Shown here: positions 36,801 through 47,814 of the stretch, piece after piece | Position numbering within the stretch: the stretch's first letter is position 1 | Layout: every line of letters starts with the position of its first letter | IMG/VR virus record: IMGVR_UViG_3300047539_000078 | Location: 32,001-96,000 of that record | DNA: 64,000 nucleotides | Reading direction: 5' to 3' (one strand) | Source of the DNA: a virus | Taxonomy: Duplodnaviria > Caudoviricetes | Notes under the pieces: generated by a model | Databases searched by the model: none | Seen by the model: only the letters and a program-made list of their open reading frames with translations | Told to the model about the DNA's origin: nothing | Made by a program: the position numbers and the translations under genes

Positions 36801-37532
36801 ATGAAACTGTTCTATAACGCATTGAACGCACTCATTTCCGTCTTCTCCGCGCATCCATACAAGTCCATAGCCGTCGTCGCAGGCGGCGTCATCGCCATCC
36901 TGGCCGTCATAGACGGCATCAACGCACTCCGTCGCTTCCGGTCGGATAAAAAGGAAGGGAGAAAAAGAGAAGAAGAGCGTGCCTATATCTCCAAGACATC
37001 CTACTCAGACCTGCTCAAGCAGATGCTTGAGCTTCACAAATCCGTGCTCGGTGCCGACAAGGTCTCTGCATTAGCTATTGAAACCACGAATGAACTTGCT
37101 GACAAGATCACTCGAACATTAGACCTGCTCACTAATTTGACCTTCCGTGTCCAAGCGCTGGAAAAATACATGGAGGCGGAAATAACGGCGAAGTCTCTCA
37201 TGGCGATTAAGATCAAGGAAGCCGAAGAAGACCTTGCCGAATTGGAAGAGGCTATGAAATCCGAGGAGGAACTGCCGCTTGATGACATCGTTTCCAAGCC
37301 GGATGATTCCCCGGAAGTGATCCAGTTGGACGAGACGGGCGACATTCCCGAGGATGATGTCGACGAGGAATTGGATGCCGCATTCAACGAGAGCCTCGAC
37401 ACGATTGAACAGGAACTCGATGCCGACATCCTGAAGGTCATCGGTGCCGAACCGGCTCCCCGGCGCAAGAAGTCCAAGAAGGCGAAGAAGTCCACCAAGA
37501 AGTTGAAGAAGGCACGCCGCCGCAAACGGTAG
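36801..37532 (+). CDS. Membrane-anchored coiled-coil protein with acidic then basic tail
   Basis: GAGG RBS; TM at residues ~22-40. Confidence 0.7.
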   Translation: MKLFYNALNALISVFSAHPYKSIAVVAGGVIAILAVIDGINALRRFRSDKKEGRKREEERAYISKTSYSDLLKQMLELHKSVLGADKVSALAIETTNELADKITRTLDLLTNLTFRVQALEKYMEAEITAKSLMAIKIKEAEEDLAELEEAMKSEEELPLDDIVSKPDDSPEVIQLDETGDIPEDDVDEELDAAFNESLDTIEQELDADILKVIGAEPAPRRKKSKKAKKSTKKLKKARRRKR

Positions 37533-37543
37533 TATTATAGGGG

Positions 37544-38365
37544 GTGAGAACCCCTAAGGTAAGACCGCCGCTCGTGCTTGACATTCCTCCGAAGATAGAG
37601 GACGCGGATGCATGGCTCGTCGTGGGACTTGACCCGAGCATGAGCCGCACCGGCTTCGCTATGATGTATGTGGATGCGAACTCCACGAACGAGTCAAACA
37701 ACTGGGTCTCCGTGGGTTCCGTCAAGCCGGACGATTCAAGCAAGCCGATCTGGGCACGCGCTAAGGCCATGGCCCTCTTCATCCAAGAGGCTATCCTTCG
37801 GGCGCACAAGGGAATCAACGTATTCAAGAGTGTAGGACTCCTGATTTCTACGGAGTACCCTACGCCTATGAACGACTTCCTCGTAGCGCTGAATCGCATC
37901 CTCCACGTCGTGCTTTTCGATGGAGCATTTCCGGCACAGTTCTCGGTCATCAAGATATTGACTACGAACGCTTCTACTCTTCGCTCCTTAATGATTCTCA
38001 AGGCACGCGGTGCCGCCAACAAGAAGGAAAACATCCTCCGGGCATATGAGTTCATCAGCCGGGAAATCTGGCCGGGACTTGACACGGACTCGTGCGACGC
38101 CGTCCTGCTCGCCATGATGGGGAAGTACGCCGCCCAGATCGTGTCGGGATTTCCCGGCGAAGTGCCAGAGCGCTTCAAGGTCTCCCTCTGCAACGCCGCA
38201 AAAGAAGCCAAGGGGAAAGGCACCCGGGCGCGTATTATTATCAAAGGTTTGTTGCATAGACACGAGTATTGGTACCCGTATGAGAAGGAAACTTATTCTT
38301 TGTTAGTTAAAGACGCCCGCCGTCCAACTGGAAAGTCACTAAATCGAGAACATTTCATAATCTAA
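37544..38365 (+). CDS. RuvC-like Holliday junction resolvase
   Basis: VVGLDPSMSRTGFA, STEYP, DSCDAVLLA; adjacent to recA. Confidence 0.7.
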   Translation: MRTPKVRPPLVLDIPPKIEDADAWLVVGLDPSMSRTGFAMMYVDANSTNESNNWVSVGSVKPDDSSKPIWARAKAMALFIQEAILRAHKGINVFKSVGLLISTEYPTPMNDFLVALNRILHVVLFDGAFPAQFSVIKILTTNASTLRSLMILKARGAANKKENILRAYEFISREIWPGLDTDSCDAVLLAMMGKYAAQIVSGFPGEVPERFKVSLCNAAKEAKGKGTRARIIIKGLLHRHEYWYPYEKETYSLLVKDARRPTGKSLNREHFII

Positions 38366-38385
38366 ATTAAACTGAGGATAGAAAA

Positions 38386-39717
38386 ATGCCGACGATGCAA
38401 AAGAAGGGCAAAGCGAAGAAGGAAGATGAGGAGAAGAAGCCGGAGGATGTGAATCCGCGTCTTTGGACTCCAGCACAGCGCCGCGAGCTTTGGCTCAAGG
38501 ACCAGGCGTCCAGCGCCAAGAAGAACGAAGCTGACTGGAAGGTTCTCCGCTCCGACCTGCAGGACATCACGGTTCCCTACGGATTCATCACGCTTGATTC
38601 CATTATGCGCCTGCGTCAGATTCCGCGTCGTGGCCGCGTCGTGCAAATCCACGGTGACGAAGGTGCCGGAAAGTCTACGCTCGGCTATGGCATCATCGCC
38701 AACCACATCCGGCAGACCGGCGAACCGGCAGCTATTCACGACTTCGAGAACACTTCCGAGTGGCCGTACCTTCGCGGCATTGGCGTTGACCAAAATTTGT
38801 GCGAAGTCTATACCCCCACCAGCATCGACGAGTCCTGCGCCCGCGTCATGAGCCAACTGAAGGCTGGCGTACGCACGTACATGTTCGACTCCGTCCGCCG
38901 CATGAAGACGCAGGTCGAGGAAAAGGACATCATCAGCGGGAAGTTCTACAAGGACTTGCAGCCCGGGCAACATGCCAAGATGATGAACAAGTTCTGGGAC
39001 TCCATGCTTCCGTACTTCGCCCAATACGACTGCTTCATCGTCATGATCAACCAGACGGCGGCACGCATCGACTCCTCGAACGAAGGCAAGAGCGCCCAGA
39101 AGTACCCGACGTTCACGAACCTCCCGTATGTGCTCCCCGGCGGCAAGCTCACCCGCTTCGTAATGAGCGTAATGATCGAACTCAAGCGCCAGAAGGCGTA
39201 CCGCTCCGGTGAAATGTACAAGAACGGCGACAAGGAAGACCCGTTCATCCTCGAACCGAATCCGCAGGGCGGCAAGGAAAAGGGTGATTACATCGCCACG
39301 CAGATTCGTGCCCGTGTCATCAAGAACAAGGTGAACGACGGCGGTTTCCGCGAAGGCCCGATCTTCACGCGCCCGGGCATCGGGATAGACGAGAACATGA
39401 CGATGCGGTACATCGCCCGCCAGTACGGCCTCATCTCCAACGCCGGGGCCAAGTTCTACGTCGGCGACTCTGAAAACCCGATCATCACCTACCCGTCCAA
39501 GGAGAAGGCCATCCAGGATTTGGTCATCGACCAAAACCCCGAGGTTTACAAGGCGCTTCGCCCGGTCATCGAGAAGGCCGTAGCCGAAGACCAAGCGAGC
39601 TTCATGACGCAGATCGACGACCAGGAACGCGCCTACCTCGAAGGCGAAATCGACATGGATGAAATCGAGACGAGCCCGACGGCCAAGGTAAAGGGGTTCG
39701 TTGTTGATGACATCTGA
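38386..39717 (+). CDS. recA: RecA/UvsX recombinase
   Basis: GRVVQIHGDEGAGKST, MFDSV, INQ, PGG..TRF, IKNKV. Confidence 0.9.
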   Translation: MPTMQKKGKAKKEDEEKKPEDVNPRLWTPAQRRELWLKDQASSAKKNEADWKVLRSDLQDITVPYGFITLDSIMRLRQIPRRGRVVQIHGDEGAGKSTLGYGIIANHIRQTGEPAAIHDFENTSEWPYLRGIGVDQNLCEVYTPTSIDESCARVMSQLKAGVRTYMFDSVRRMKTQVEEKDIISGKFYKDLQPGQHAKMMNKFWDSMLPYFAQYDCFIVMINQTAARIDSSNEGKSAQKYPTFTNLPYVLPGGKLTRFVMSVMIELKRQKAYRSGEMYKNGDKEDPFILEPNPQGGKEKGDYIATQIRARVIKNKVNDGGFREGPIFTRPGIGIDENMTMRYIARQYGLISNAGAKFYVGDSENPIITYPSKEKAIQDLVIDQNPEVYKALRPVIEKAVAEDQASFMTQIDDQERAYLEGEIDMDEIETSPTAKVKGFVVDDI

Positions 39718-39722
39718 TCGTC

Positions 39723-40001
39723 ATGGTCTTCTACGGAATGCGGCACCCGGCAACCAAGAAGTACTACCGGTTCGTCAATCGCGCCGCGATACCGGACGTG
39801 GAGCTTGGCGGACCGAACTTCTCCATGATTTCCCTGTTCGGAACGCTGAAGACGCTCACGGAATTCACGGAGACTCTCAACAGAGGGAAGTTCCCGCATG
39901 AAGTCGTGGAGATGGAACTCCGGGAAGTGCGTACTATATCTCCGATCATCGACGTGAAACCGAATGAGATTCCAGGGAACAAACTTTCAGTCGTGGGCTG
40001 A
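39723..40001 (+). CDS. Hypothetical protein
   Basis: 92 aa between recA and the Rad50-like gene. Confidence 0.55.
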   Translation: MVFYGMRHPATKKYYRFVNRAAIPDVELGGPNFSMISLFGTLKTLTEFTETLNRGKFPHEVVEMELREVRTISPIIDVKPNEIPGNKLSVVG

Positions 40002-41180
40002 CTTCGAATTAGAAATCGAGGGCTTGACGGTAATCGTCGGTCGATCGAGCAAGGGGAAGTCCGCGCTCTTCCGCGCCATCCGGGGACTCTTCCGCAACGA
40101 ACTCGCGGAGGAACTTCATCCGCCAGGGAACCGAGGAACTCCAGCTCACGGCGGTCGTGGATGGGAAGACCGTCACCGGCTCCCGCGACGCCAAGGGGAC
40201 CAAGTACCAGATCGGCGACAAGAAATTCGCGAAGCTCGGTGGGAACATCCCCGATGAGCTTTTAGCGTTCGGCATGAACCAGGTCAAGATCGGGGAATAC
40301 GCTTTCGATCCGATCTTCTCCGGCCAGTTCAACACGCCGTTCCTCATCGATTCCGAGACCACCGGACCCACGAAGCTCAACGCCATCTTGGGAGCATTCG
40401 CGTCCACCGAGAAGCTGGAAGCCGGGAAGAAAGCCGCCAACCTCTCCATCACCCACAAGAATTCCGAGGCCAAGGCGCTCGCCGTCGAGATCACCGAAGC
40501 GGAGCAGCGTAAGATCAACATTGCGGCATTCGTCGGTGGAAGCCGACCAAGTCCTCCCTGTCATACGCCAATTGGAAGCGGAGGTCACCGTCATTGACCT
40601 GCAAGTCCAATGGTTGCATGAGGCGGTACGGCGTGAGCGTGTAGCGCAACCGCTCCGGCAAATCCTTGATCGGCTCCATCTCCCCGAAATTCAGGCGATT
40701 ACCCGGGTGGCCGAACTCGTGGCCGAAGCGCAGATTTACGCCGTCCAAGCCACTAACAACTTTAGACTCATACGGTTGTACAATAAAACCCGGTTGGCCA
40801 TAGATGAGGCCGCCTATTCGGCGGAGCAGAGCTCGACCGTTAAGCTGTACCGAGCGATGCTCCAGGACGTGATTTGCTACGGCCCTGGTGTCCAAGTAGC
40901 CAAATCGACGGGTGAGTCGCTCAGCGTGTCCCTAATAGCTATAGACTGTGGTTTTAACGAGGCGAAGCGCCTGCGCGACAGTATTATACTGATAGACTCG
41001 GCTGCGGAAACCGTGTTGGGATTGGCCGGGTTGGGAATAGCGGCGAGCGAGGCAGACACGGTCATTGACGACCTCCAGGCCCAAATGCAAGAACTCCAAG
41101 CGGCGGTCGCAGCCGCCCAAGTGATATGTCCCAAATGCGGGGAAGGATTCATACCAAATGCCAGACCAGGGAACTATTGA
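39964..41180 (+). CDS. Rad50/SbcC-like ATPase, N-terminal half (two frameshifts)
   Basis: NFQSW, GRSSKGKSALFRAI, Q-loop FSGQF, coiled coil, terminal Zn hook CPKCG. Confidence 0.8.
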
Positions 41181-41454
41181 TCAACTCGCGGCGCTCCAAG
41201 CCCGCGTCGGGAAGATCACCAAGAGCCGGGAGAGCATCATCCGCGACACCGGCGTCGCGGAGCGGAAGTTCGAGGAGGCGATCGAGAAGCTGAAGGAGCT
41301 CGGTATCGATGCATCCGGGATGGACAGCAAGACGCTCCAGAAGACCGCCGAAGAACTTGAGGGACAGCTTGTCGCCAAAGTCGTGGAGTTGACCGGCAAG
41401 GTGCAGGACGGCGAAGCGCTCGTGGCGAAGTACCAGCAGCTTCGGGGCGAGTAG
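41158..41454 (+). CDS. Coiled-coil protein
   Basis: Heptad pattern; lies between the Rad50-like and Mre11-like genes. Confidence 0.7.
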   Translation: MPDQGTIDQLAALQARVGKITKSRESIIRDTGVAERKFEEAIEKLKELGIDASGMDSKTLQKTAEELEGQLVAKVVELTGKVQDGEALVAKYQQLRGE

Positions 41455-41460
41455 TGTCAA

Positions 41461-42471
41461 ATGAACATAAAACAGCTCGATACCGACGAAGTGAACATCG
41501 TGTACACGACGGATTGGCATTTCTCCGACAAGCCGATAGGTCGCCGCCAGGACAATTATCGGAAAGCCCTCTTCAACAAACTAGAGTTCGTGAGAAAACT
41601 GACTCAGGAAGTCAATGGTATAGCGTTGTGCGGAGGCGATGTCTTCCATGTCAAGAGTCCCCGGAACGAAGCAAACAGCTTTGATCTTCTTGTTACACTT
41701 ATCCATGCTCTACGTCGATTCCCTACAGCGGGTGTTTGGGGCACAGTCGGCAATCACGATATTTCATTTGACCGTATGGACTCTCTATCGAGTCAGCCTC
41801 TCGGTCTGCTGATCGCTACGCACGTATACCGCGACATCAGCATTGAGCCCGTCACATTCGTGAACAAGGATGGCTCCATAGCCGTCCAAGTGGAATCGTT
41901 CCCCTATGAGGATGGCGAGAAAACCCTGGAGCGCCTTCTCGCATCCGGTCCCCGCTCCGGCACCACGGGAGTCACGAACTACCGTGTCGGCATCGTGCAC
42001 GCCTACGGCACACCCGGCGGGAAGGCCCAGATGTTCGCGGCCCGCAAGATAGGCTACGACGAAATCAAACACCTGGACTACGATCTGCTGCTTTGGGGTC
42101 ACGACCATTCCCGCCACGAGACTGAGACCGTCGGGAACATCACGCACATCAACCTCGGAAGCCTCGCCCGCGCAGCGTACGCCTACGACGAGGTTTCCCG
42201 CCCTGTCGTCGCTACCCTCTTGTCTTTTAGCCGAGAAGGTGTAGACTATGAGGAGCGTGAGATTCCGGTGACACCTATCGCGGCGGCGTTCGTTACGGCG
42301 GATAAGGGTGTGCAGCAAGTCGTCAAGACCGAAGAGGTTGAGGACTTTTTCACCTCCATGGACGATGTTGTAGGCGGAATCGAGTCAGGCGATCCGCGAG
42401 AGGTCATGGCGCAGCTTTGCGAGGGAGAACCGGTGCTTTTGAGTCGCACCTTGGAATTGTGCGGTCTGTAG
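41461..42471 (+). CDS. Mre11/SbcD-like nuclease
   Basis: TDWH, GGDVFH, GNHD, GHDH, NLGSLAR. Confidence 0.85.
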   Translation: MNIKQLDTDEVNIVYTTDWHFSDKPIGRRQDNYRKALFNKLEFVRKLTQEVNGIALCGGDVFHVKSPRNEANSFDLLVTLIHALRRFPTAGVWGTVGNHDISFDRMDSLSSQPLGLLIATHVYRDISIEPVTFVNKDGSIAVQVESFPYEDGEKTLERLLASGPRSGTTGVTNYRVGIVHAYGTPGGKAQMFAARKIGYDEIKHLDYDLLLWGHDHSRHETETVGNITHINLGSLARAAYAYDEVSRPVVATLLSFSREGVDYEEREIPVTPIAAAFVTADKGVQQVVKTEEVEDFFTSMDDVVGGIESGDPREVMAQLCEGEPVLLSRTLELCGL

Positions 42472-42526
42472 ACAACCAGTTTAAGGATGCTCGGCATCCC
42501 AATTAGTAAAATCAAAGGAGAGCTAT

Positions 42527-43018
42527 ATGAAGAGACATATCGGTGTGTTTATCGCAGCAATCTTGTTCCTATTACTCGGTTCAGTACCGGCATTCGCCCA
42601 GCACGGCAAAGGCGGCCACGGCGGAGGCGGCGGACGTTCCGCAGGTCATGCGGCAGGTCATGCAGGCGGAGTTCGGGGAGGTGCCAGAGGCGGTGCTCGC
42701 GGCGGCGAAGTCGGGCGCGGCGGGGAAGCCCGAGGCGGGGAAAGAGGCGGTGAGGCCAGAGGCGGGGAAAGAGGCGGTTTCCGCGAAGGCTTCGCACGTG
42801 ACAACTTTGGTCGTGGCCATAGCTTCCGGTTCGGGGGCGGTGAACGCTTCGGCGACGGATGGCGCTTCAATTACGGCGGATACTGGTGGGGCTATGATGG
42901 ATGGCCTATCGGTTGGGGAATCAACGATCCCGTCTATATCGACGCGGATGGGGACGTTGAGTACCTCTACGATCCGCTCTTTCCGGGTTCCAGATTGCAA
43001 CTCAACGTAGTGTTCTAA
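42527..43018 (+). CDS. Secreted Gly/Arg-rich low-complexity protein
   Basis: GGAG RBS; signal peptide PAFA-Q; RGG(E) repeats; aromatic C-terminal domain. Confidence 0.75.
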   Translation: MKRHIGVFIAAILFLLLGSVPAFAQHGKGGHGGGGGRSAGHAAGHAGGVRGGARGGARGGEVGRGGEARGGERGGEARGGERGGFREGFARDNFGRGHSFRFGGGERFGDGWRFNYGGYWWGYDGWPIGWGINDPVYIDADGDVEYLYDPLFPGSRLQLNVVF

Positions 43019-43102
43019 AGGCTGATTGCGAGCAAGCCAGGAAACCGCAACTCGCAACTCTCGGGCATGGTCACGGTTCACTGGCAACCATGCCCACCAA
43101 TT

Positions 43103-43134
43103 AGGGGGCGGGCAATCCGCCCCTTTCTTTTTTC
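43103..43134 (+). terminator. Intrinsic terminator
   Basis: GGGGCGG-GCAAT-CCGCCCC followed by TTTCTTTTTT. Confidence 0.75.
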
Positions 43135-43158
43135 TCTCGCCCGTGGTATCATATCCCT

Positions 43159-43398
43159 GTGATGACGAACCAACGACTATTCGACCTTGTCCGATACATG
43201 CGTGCGGAATTGCTTGAGGCGGAACTGATATCGTACGATGAGTACTACGAGCTAGCCGTGGAGCACGCTGCGGTCGCACGGCTTGAGGACTACGACGGGA
43301 TTCGAAAGAAGTTGACGGAAGCAACCGCTGAAATTAAGCTTCTAAAGGGAGACTTGAGCATTGCCTGCCTACAGCGGGATGCGAAGCGTTGGACATAA
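43159..43398 (+). CDS. Hypothetical protein
   Basis: TGGTATCAT 6 nt before GTG. Confidence 0.6.
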   Translation: MMTNQRLFDLVRYMRAELLEAELISYDEYYELAVEHAAVARLEDYDGIRKKLTEATAEIKLLKGDLSIACLQRDAKRWT

Positions 43399-43402
43399 TC
43401 AC

Positions 43403-43957
43403 ATGAGCAACCATCTGGTTTCAGCGGACCACCATTTTTTCCACGAGCGGATCATCGAGCACTGCAAGCGTCCGTTCGCCAATGCGGAAGTGGCGGTGGG
43501 AGAGATGATCTACCGATGGAACGACGCCGTCAAGCCGAACGACCTCGTATATTACCTTGGGGATATGTTCTACGCGGCCAAGGCGGATCAGATCGAGGAA
43601 GTCCTCAAACAGCTAAACGGAAAGATTTTCTTCATCCCCGGCAACCATGACAAGCTTCTCAAGAAGAAGTTCAAGGACCGATTCCTGAGTTGGGGGGACT
43701 CCATCGAGAAGATAACCGAGGACGGTCAGCAGATCGTGCTGTGCCACTACGCCATGCGGACATGGCAGAATTCCTCCCACGGGTCATGGCAACTCTACGG
43801 GCACTCGCACTCACAACTGCCGGACGACCCCAATCTCCCGAGTTTCGACATCGGGGTTGATTGCTGGGACTACGCCCCCGTGACTATGGACCAGGTCTTC
43901 GCGAAGATGAAGACAAAAGCTGGAGGCCCGAAGTATGTTCAGCGGAGCCACAAGTGA
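43403..43957 (+). CDS. Calcineurin-like metallophosphoesterase
   Basis: ADHHFFH, LGD, GNHD, CHY, YGHSH, DIGVD. Confidence 0.88.
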   Translation: MSNHLVSADHHFFHERIIEHCKRPFANAEVAVGEMIYRWNDAVKPNDLVYYLGDMFYAAKADQIEEVLKQLNGKIFFIPGNHDKLLKKKFKDRFLSWGDSIEKITEDGQQIVLCHYAMRTWQNSSHGSWQLYGHSHSQLPDDPNLPSFDIGVDCWDYAPVTMDQVFAKMKTKAGGPKYVQRSHK

Positions 43958-44108
43958 GTGAGCTTGCCCTGAAGAGCCGCAAGCCTGACATCGCCTGGAA
44001 ATGGCGCAAATGGACCTTCGGCTTCTGGACGGACCCGAAGAACTGGACGGCGTTCGGAATCGACATCGGGCCGTTCGAGATGGTGTGGCGATACGAGGGA
44101 TACCGACA

Positions 44109-44470
44109 ATGAACGTGGATGAGATCAAGGCCATCGTAAGCAACATCGAGTACAAGGATGGGATATTCCGCATCATGCGGGACGAAGAGCGGGGGCGCTT
44201 TTCCATGGTCCTCTATTTCTACAAGTCAAGTTCGTTACAGTCAATGTTGTTACCGGATTGCCCTATACTGCCCTCGGGCGAAAATGGCTCCTGAGCGAGC
44301 ACATGGTCAAGAGCGAAATAGTGGCCACGGCATTGAAGGCCGTGCTCGCCGCCGAGGAGCACGAGGCCCGGGAACTCTTCAAGTACAACGCGAAGGCCAT
44401 CTTCAATCCGCACATCGATGTGGACGCGCTCCGCGCAGCGTGCGATACCATAGATGCCCGAGTTGACTGA
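44109..44470 (+). CDS. Hypothetical phage protein (frameshifted)
   Basis: GRKWLLSEHMVKSEIV.TA.KA....EEHEARE.F.Y....FNPH conserved-looking C-terminus. Confidence 0.6.
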
Positions 44471-45712
44471 TGAACAAACCTCTGGCGACGCTCGACTACC
44501 TCGTCGAGACCGACAACCCGAAGGCCCTGGATCAGACGGTGAACCAAATTTCCGCCGCCGTGGTGCAGGATACATCCACGGAGGACGGCTACAAGCGGGT
44601 GGACGGCCATTGCGTCCTGCGTGCGCTCGGCAATCCCGAATACGTGAAGTTCGCCTGCGAGCAACAAGGCTATTGCAAGATCGTCGGCGAGCTTGACCCG
44701 CACGGAAACGCCGTCATGTACGCCCCCCCGGATGTCCCGACCGAGATGGACGAGGTCTATGACATCATCGCCACCGAATTCGCCAAGGAGATCGACAAGA
44801 TTTTCGCCTCGGAAGAGACCCTCAAGGCCGCATTCGAACATTGCTTCAAGCACATGGAATTCACCCGCACCGAGCACTGGTCGGGCATCCTCTACAAGAT
44901 TTTGGATACCTGCTGGCGCGAACACGGGCCGAACGCGAATGCGTCCATCACGCCAGTCCGACCGCATGGAGATTCTGCGTGCGCTCCTCGACAAGCTGGA
45001 CTTCAACATCTATTCCCAAGTCGCCCTCAATCTCCAGGATTGGAGTGTCCTCCACTACGATGGCGGAAACGTCCAGGATCAGATCGACAAGATAGAGAAG
45101 AAATGGGAGAAGTACAGCGTCACACCACTCTCAAAGGGTGCTAAGCTCACCCCGAATGCGTGGAAACCTGTAGACATAGACTTCAACAAGGATTTAGGTA
45201 CCGTCAAGAGCCTCAAGACCATCAGCGGCATCGCACCCGGCATCAGTTTCCGTGTCTCCCCGAAGGGAAGCACACCGGCGTTCGCCGACTCGCAGAACTT
45301 CTCCATGATCGGCTCCGGCGGCGACAAATACGTCAAGGTCAAATACCCTGAGCTTCGCATCTGGTATGTCACGTGGAAGCCTGGAAGCACGCCGCCCGTC
45401 GCCAAGCCGCAGCCGGACGGCACGTTCTGGGTAGACGGCATCAACTATCCTTTCCATTCCAAGTCCGGGGGAAGCGTCCTCAACGAGGCCATTTTTGCCC
45501 GAGGCATAGCGTTCTCGTTTTGGAGCGGGCTGTACACCGGAAGCGAGGGCGGGGATGATTTCGTGCTGGTTCGTGATCCCAGCATCCTGGTGCTGCCGCG
45601 CATGAACTCCGTAATGGTCGTTGCAGCCAACCATCAGTTGGTGTACGATATCTTCAACACATTGAAGACCGAGTACCCCATGCTTGAACTCGTGGACGGT
45701 GAACGGAAATGA
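44470..45712 (+). CDS. Hypothetical protein(s), probable frameshift near 44950
   Basis: Two overlapping frames with coding-like bias. Confidence 0.5.
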
Positions 45713-45942
45713 TCGAACGGCACGGTAAACCGAAGCCGGGGCACGTGCATAACTTCCGGTACACGGACCACGGGAGCTTTAGCTCTTGGAGCAAGTGTGA
45801 ATGTGGGGCGCAGCACGTCAGAAACTACTCGCCGGACGGGTATATCGGAGACAAGCCGGACGAGGTAATCTATGAACTTGGTTGTTGTTTCTTCGTCGCT
45901 GGATGGAAATGCGACGATGCGGTGCTTGAAGGAGTGACATGA
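45709..45942 (+). CDS. Small hypothetical protein
   Basis: ATGA overlap. Confidence 0.5.
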   Translation: MIERHGKPKPGHVHNFRYTDHGSFSSWSKCECGAQHVRNYSPDGYIGDKPDEVIYELGCCFFVAGWKCDDAVLEGVT

Positions 45943-46034
45943 CATCCTATGTTATATTTCTCATCATTCTGCTCATCCTGTCCCGCATCCTGCGGTGGCC
46001 GGTCTAAGCACGACTTTCCGTTCCATAAGTGACC

Positions 46035-46606
46035 ATGTCACTTAACGGCTTTCAACCAGATGCAGCACTGCACACCGCCTTTTGGCGCAACCAAGAGAAA
46101 GACTTCCTCGGTCGCGTGACGAACGAAGTGTACGTCAACTTCGGCGATGTCAAGTGGTTCAAGACGAACCGTGCGGTGAATCCGTCCGTCGGAGGTGCGC
46201 AAAACCAAGTCCTCATCTGGTACAATCCGAAGGAACAGAACCCCGATCCTGACCAGAAGCTCATCGGTCCCCCAGCCACGGCGCTCCTCACCGGCCTCGA
46301 CTCTATCTGGAGCGGAATAGGCGGTACGCCGGGGTTCCAGCCGGATTCATCCATAGATTCAGGTTTCTGGCGCTGGCAGTACACGAATACGCATCGGGGC
46401 AGATCACCAACGAGACCTACTTGAACATGACGCTCGTGAAGTACATGAAGACCTCCCGCGTGTATTCCCCCGTGACCGGCGGGCAGACCGACATCGTGTC
46501 CCTGTGGTTCAACGTCCTGACCCAGGACCGCAACCCCGACCTCGTCCTCGACAACGGTCCAAGTGCTGCGCTTCTCGCCCTCCTTCGACGGCATCTGGCT
46601 ATTTAG
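46035..46606 (+). CDS. Probable virion structural protein (frameshift near 46395)
   Basis: Two frames join; first gene of the structural block. Confidence 0.5.
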
Positions 46607-46673
46607 TAGGAACCGACTTCCGCCCGCTTTAGAGAGGGATTTTCTTCCCCAATTATCATTCTAAAGGATTTCC

Positions 46674-47812
46674 ATGGCGGACTTGACACCATCCAACCCA
46701 CAACCGCCTCCAATCTCATTGACGCAGCTCCGCGTGCTCGCCCAACGCCGCCAGTACGGCGCTGGGTCCGTAATCTACACCCCCGCGCTCATCTACGTGG
46801 AGGACGCTGCGGGAAGCCCACCGGCCCCGTACACCATCGTGATGACCGGCCAGGACGGCCTCATCAGTCCGACGCTGCTGCCCCCGTACACGCCGGGTTC
46901 CACGGTCCTGCTGGAGACGAACAGCACACCGAACACGCTATCCAAGACTATCCTGAACCTCAAGCAAGGCCCGAACATCGCCCTGGTGGCCGATGCCTTC
47001 GGCGGCGTGACGATTCAGCGCTTCCGGTACGATTTCTCACCAGCTTCACCCACATCACACCGGCGACAACACCACCGCTGACTATGACCGTGGACACCGG
47101 GGCGACCCTGTCCTATGCCAACAACGGCGTCGTCAATGCTAATGAAATCGGCAGCATCAACGTAAACGGCAATCTACCTACTCACGCCGGTGAGATTCTA
47201 ATCTCCCAACCGGGCAACGAGACCGCCGTGTGGGCGGACCCATTGGTTCAGGGCATCCAAGCCGACGGCACTACAGCATCTACAATCAACCCCGTGCTCA
47301 TATCGGGGCGGGGACCGGACGGCAACCAGCACGACATCGCCACGGACGACAGCGGCAACATCATCTTTCCGGGTTTCATATCGGTCAACAATTTTCCGAC
47401 CGTCCTGTATGGGTCGCCTGCCCAAGAAGCGTTGAATTGCTACGTCGTGAACGAAATAGCCTTCGCGGGCAGCGTGGAAGTCACAAACTTCCCGTCGGTC
47501 CAGGTCGTTTCCGGCACCGTCGCCGTCGCGCCACTTTCCGCCGTAGGCGAACCACCCGCAAGCGCATCAGTAGGCATGTCGTCAGCGATGATACTGGCGT
47601 CCAATCCGTTGAGAAAGGGATGCTCTATCCAAAACACGGGCTCGGATGTGATTTCGCTCGCGTTTGGTGCCAGCGCAGCCGTGCTCTATTCGGGCACGGT
47701 TCTTTATCCGGGGTCCACTTTCTACATGGATTCCCAAGACTTTACGACGCAACAGATAAACGCTATAGCATCCGATAGTAGCGGCAGCGTGAGCATCCAG
47801 GAGTACGAGTAA
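46674..47812 (+). CDS. Fibre/decoration-like structural protein (frameshifts near 47020-47080)
   Basis: Beta-rich; PTHAGEILISQPGN module; C-terminal ASNPLRKGCSIQN.G..I.L.FG domain. Confidence 0.6.
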
Positions 47813-47814
47813 AA

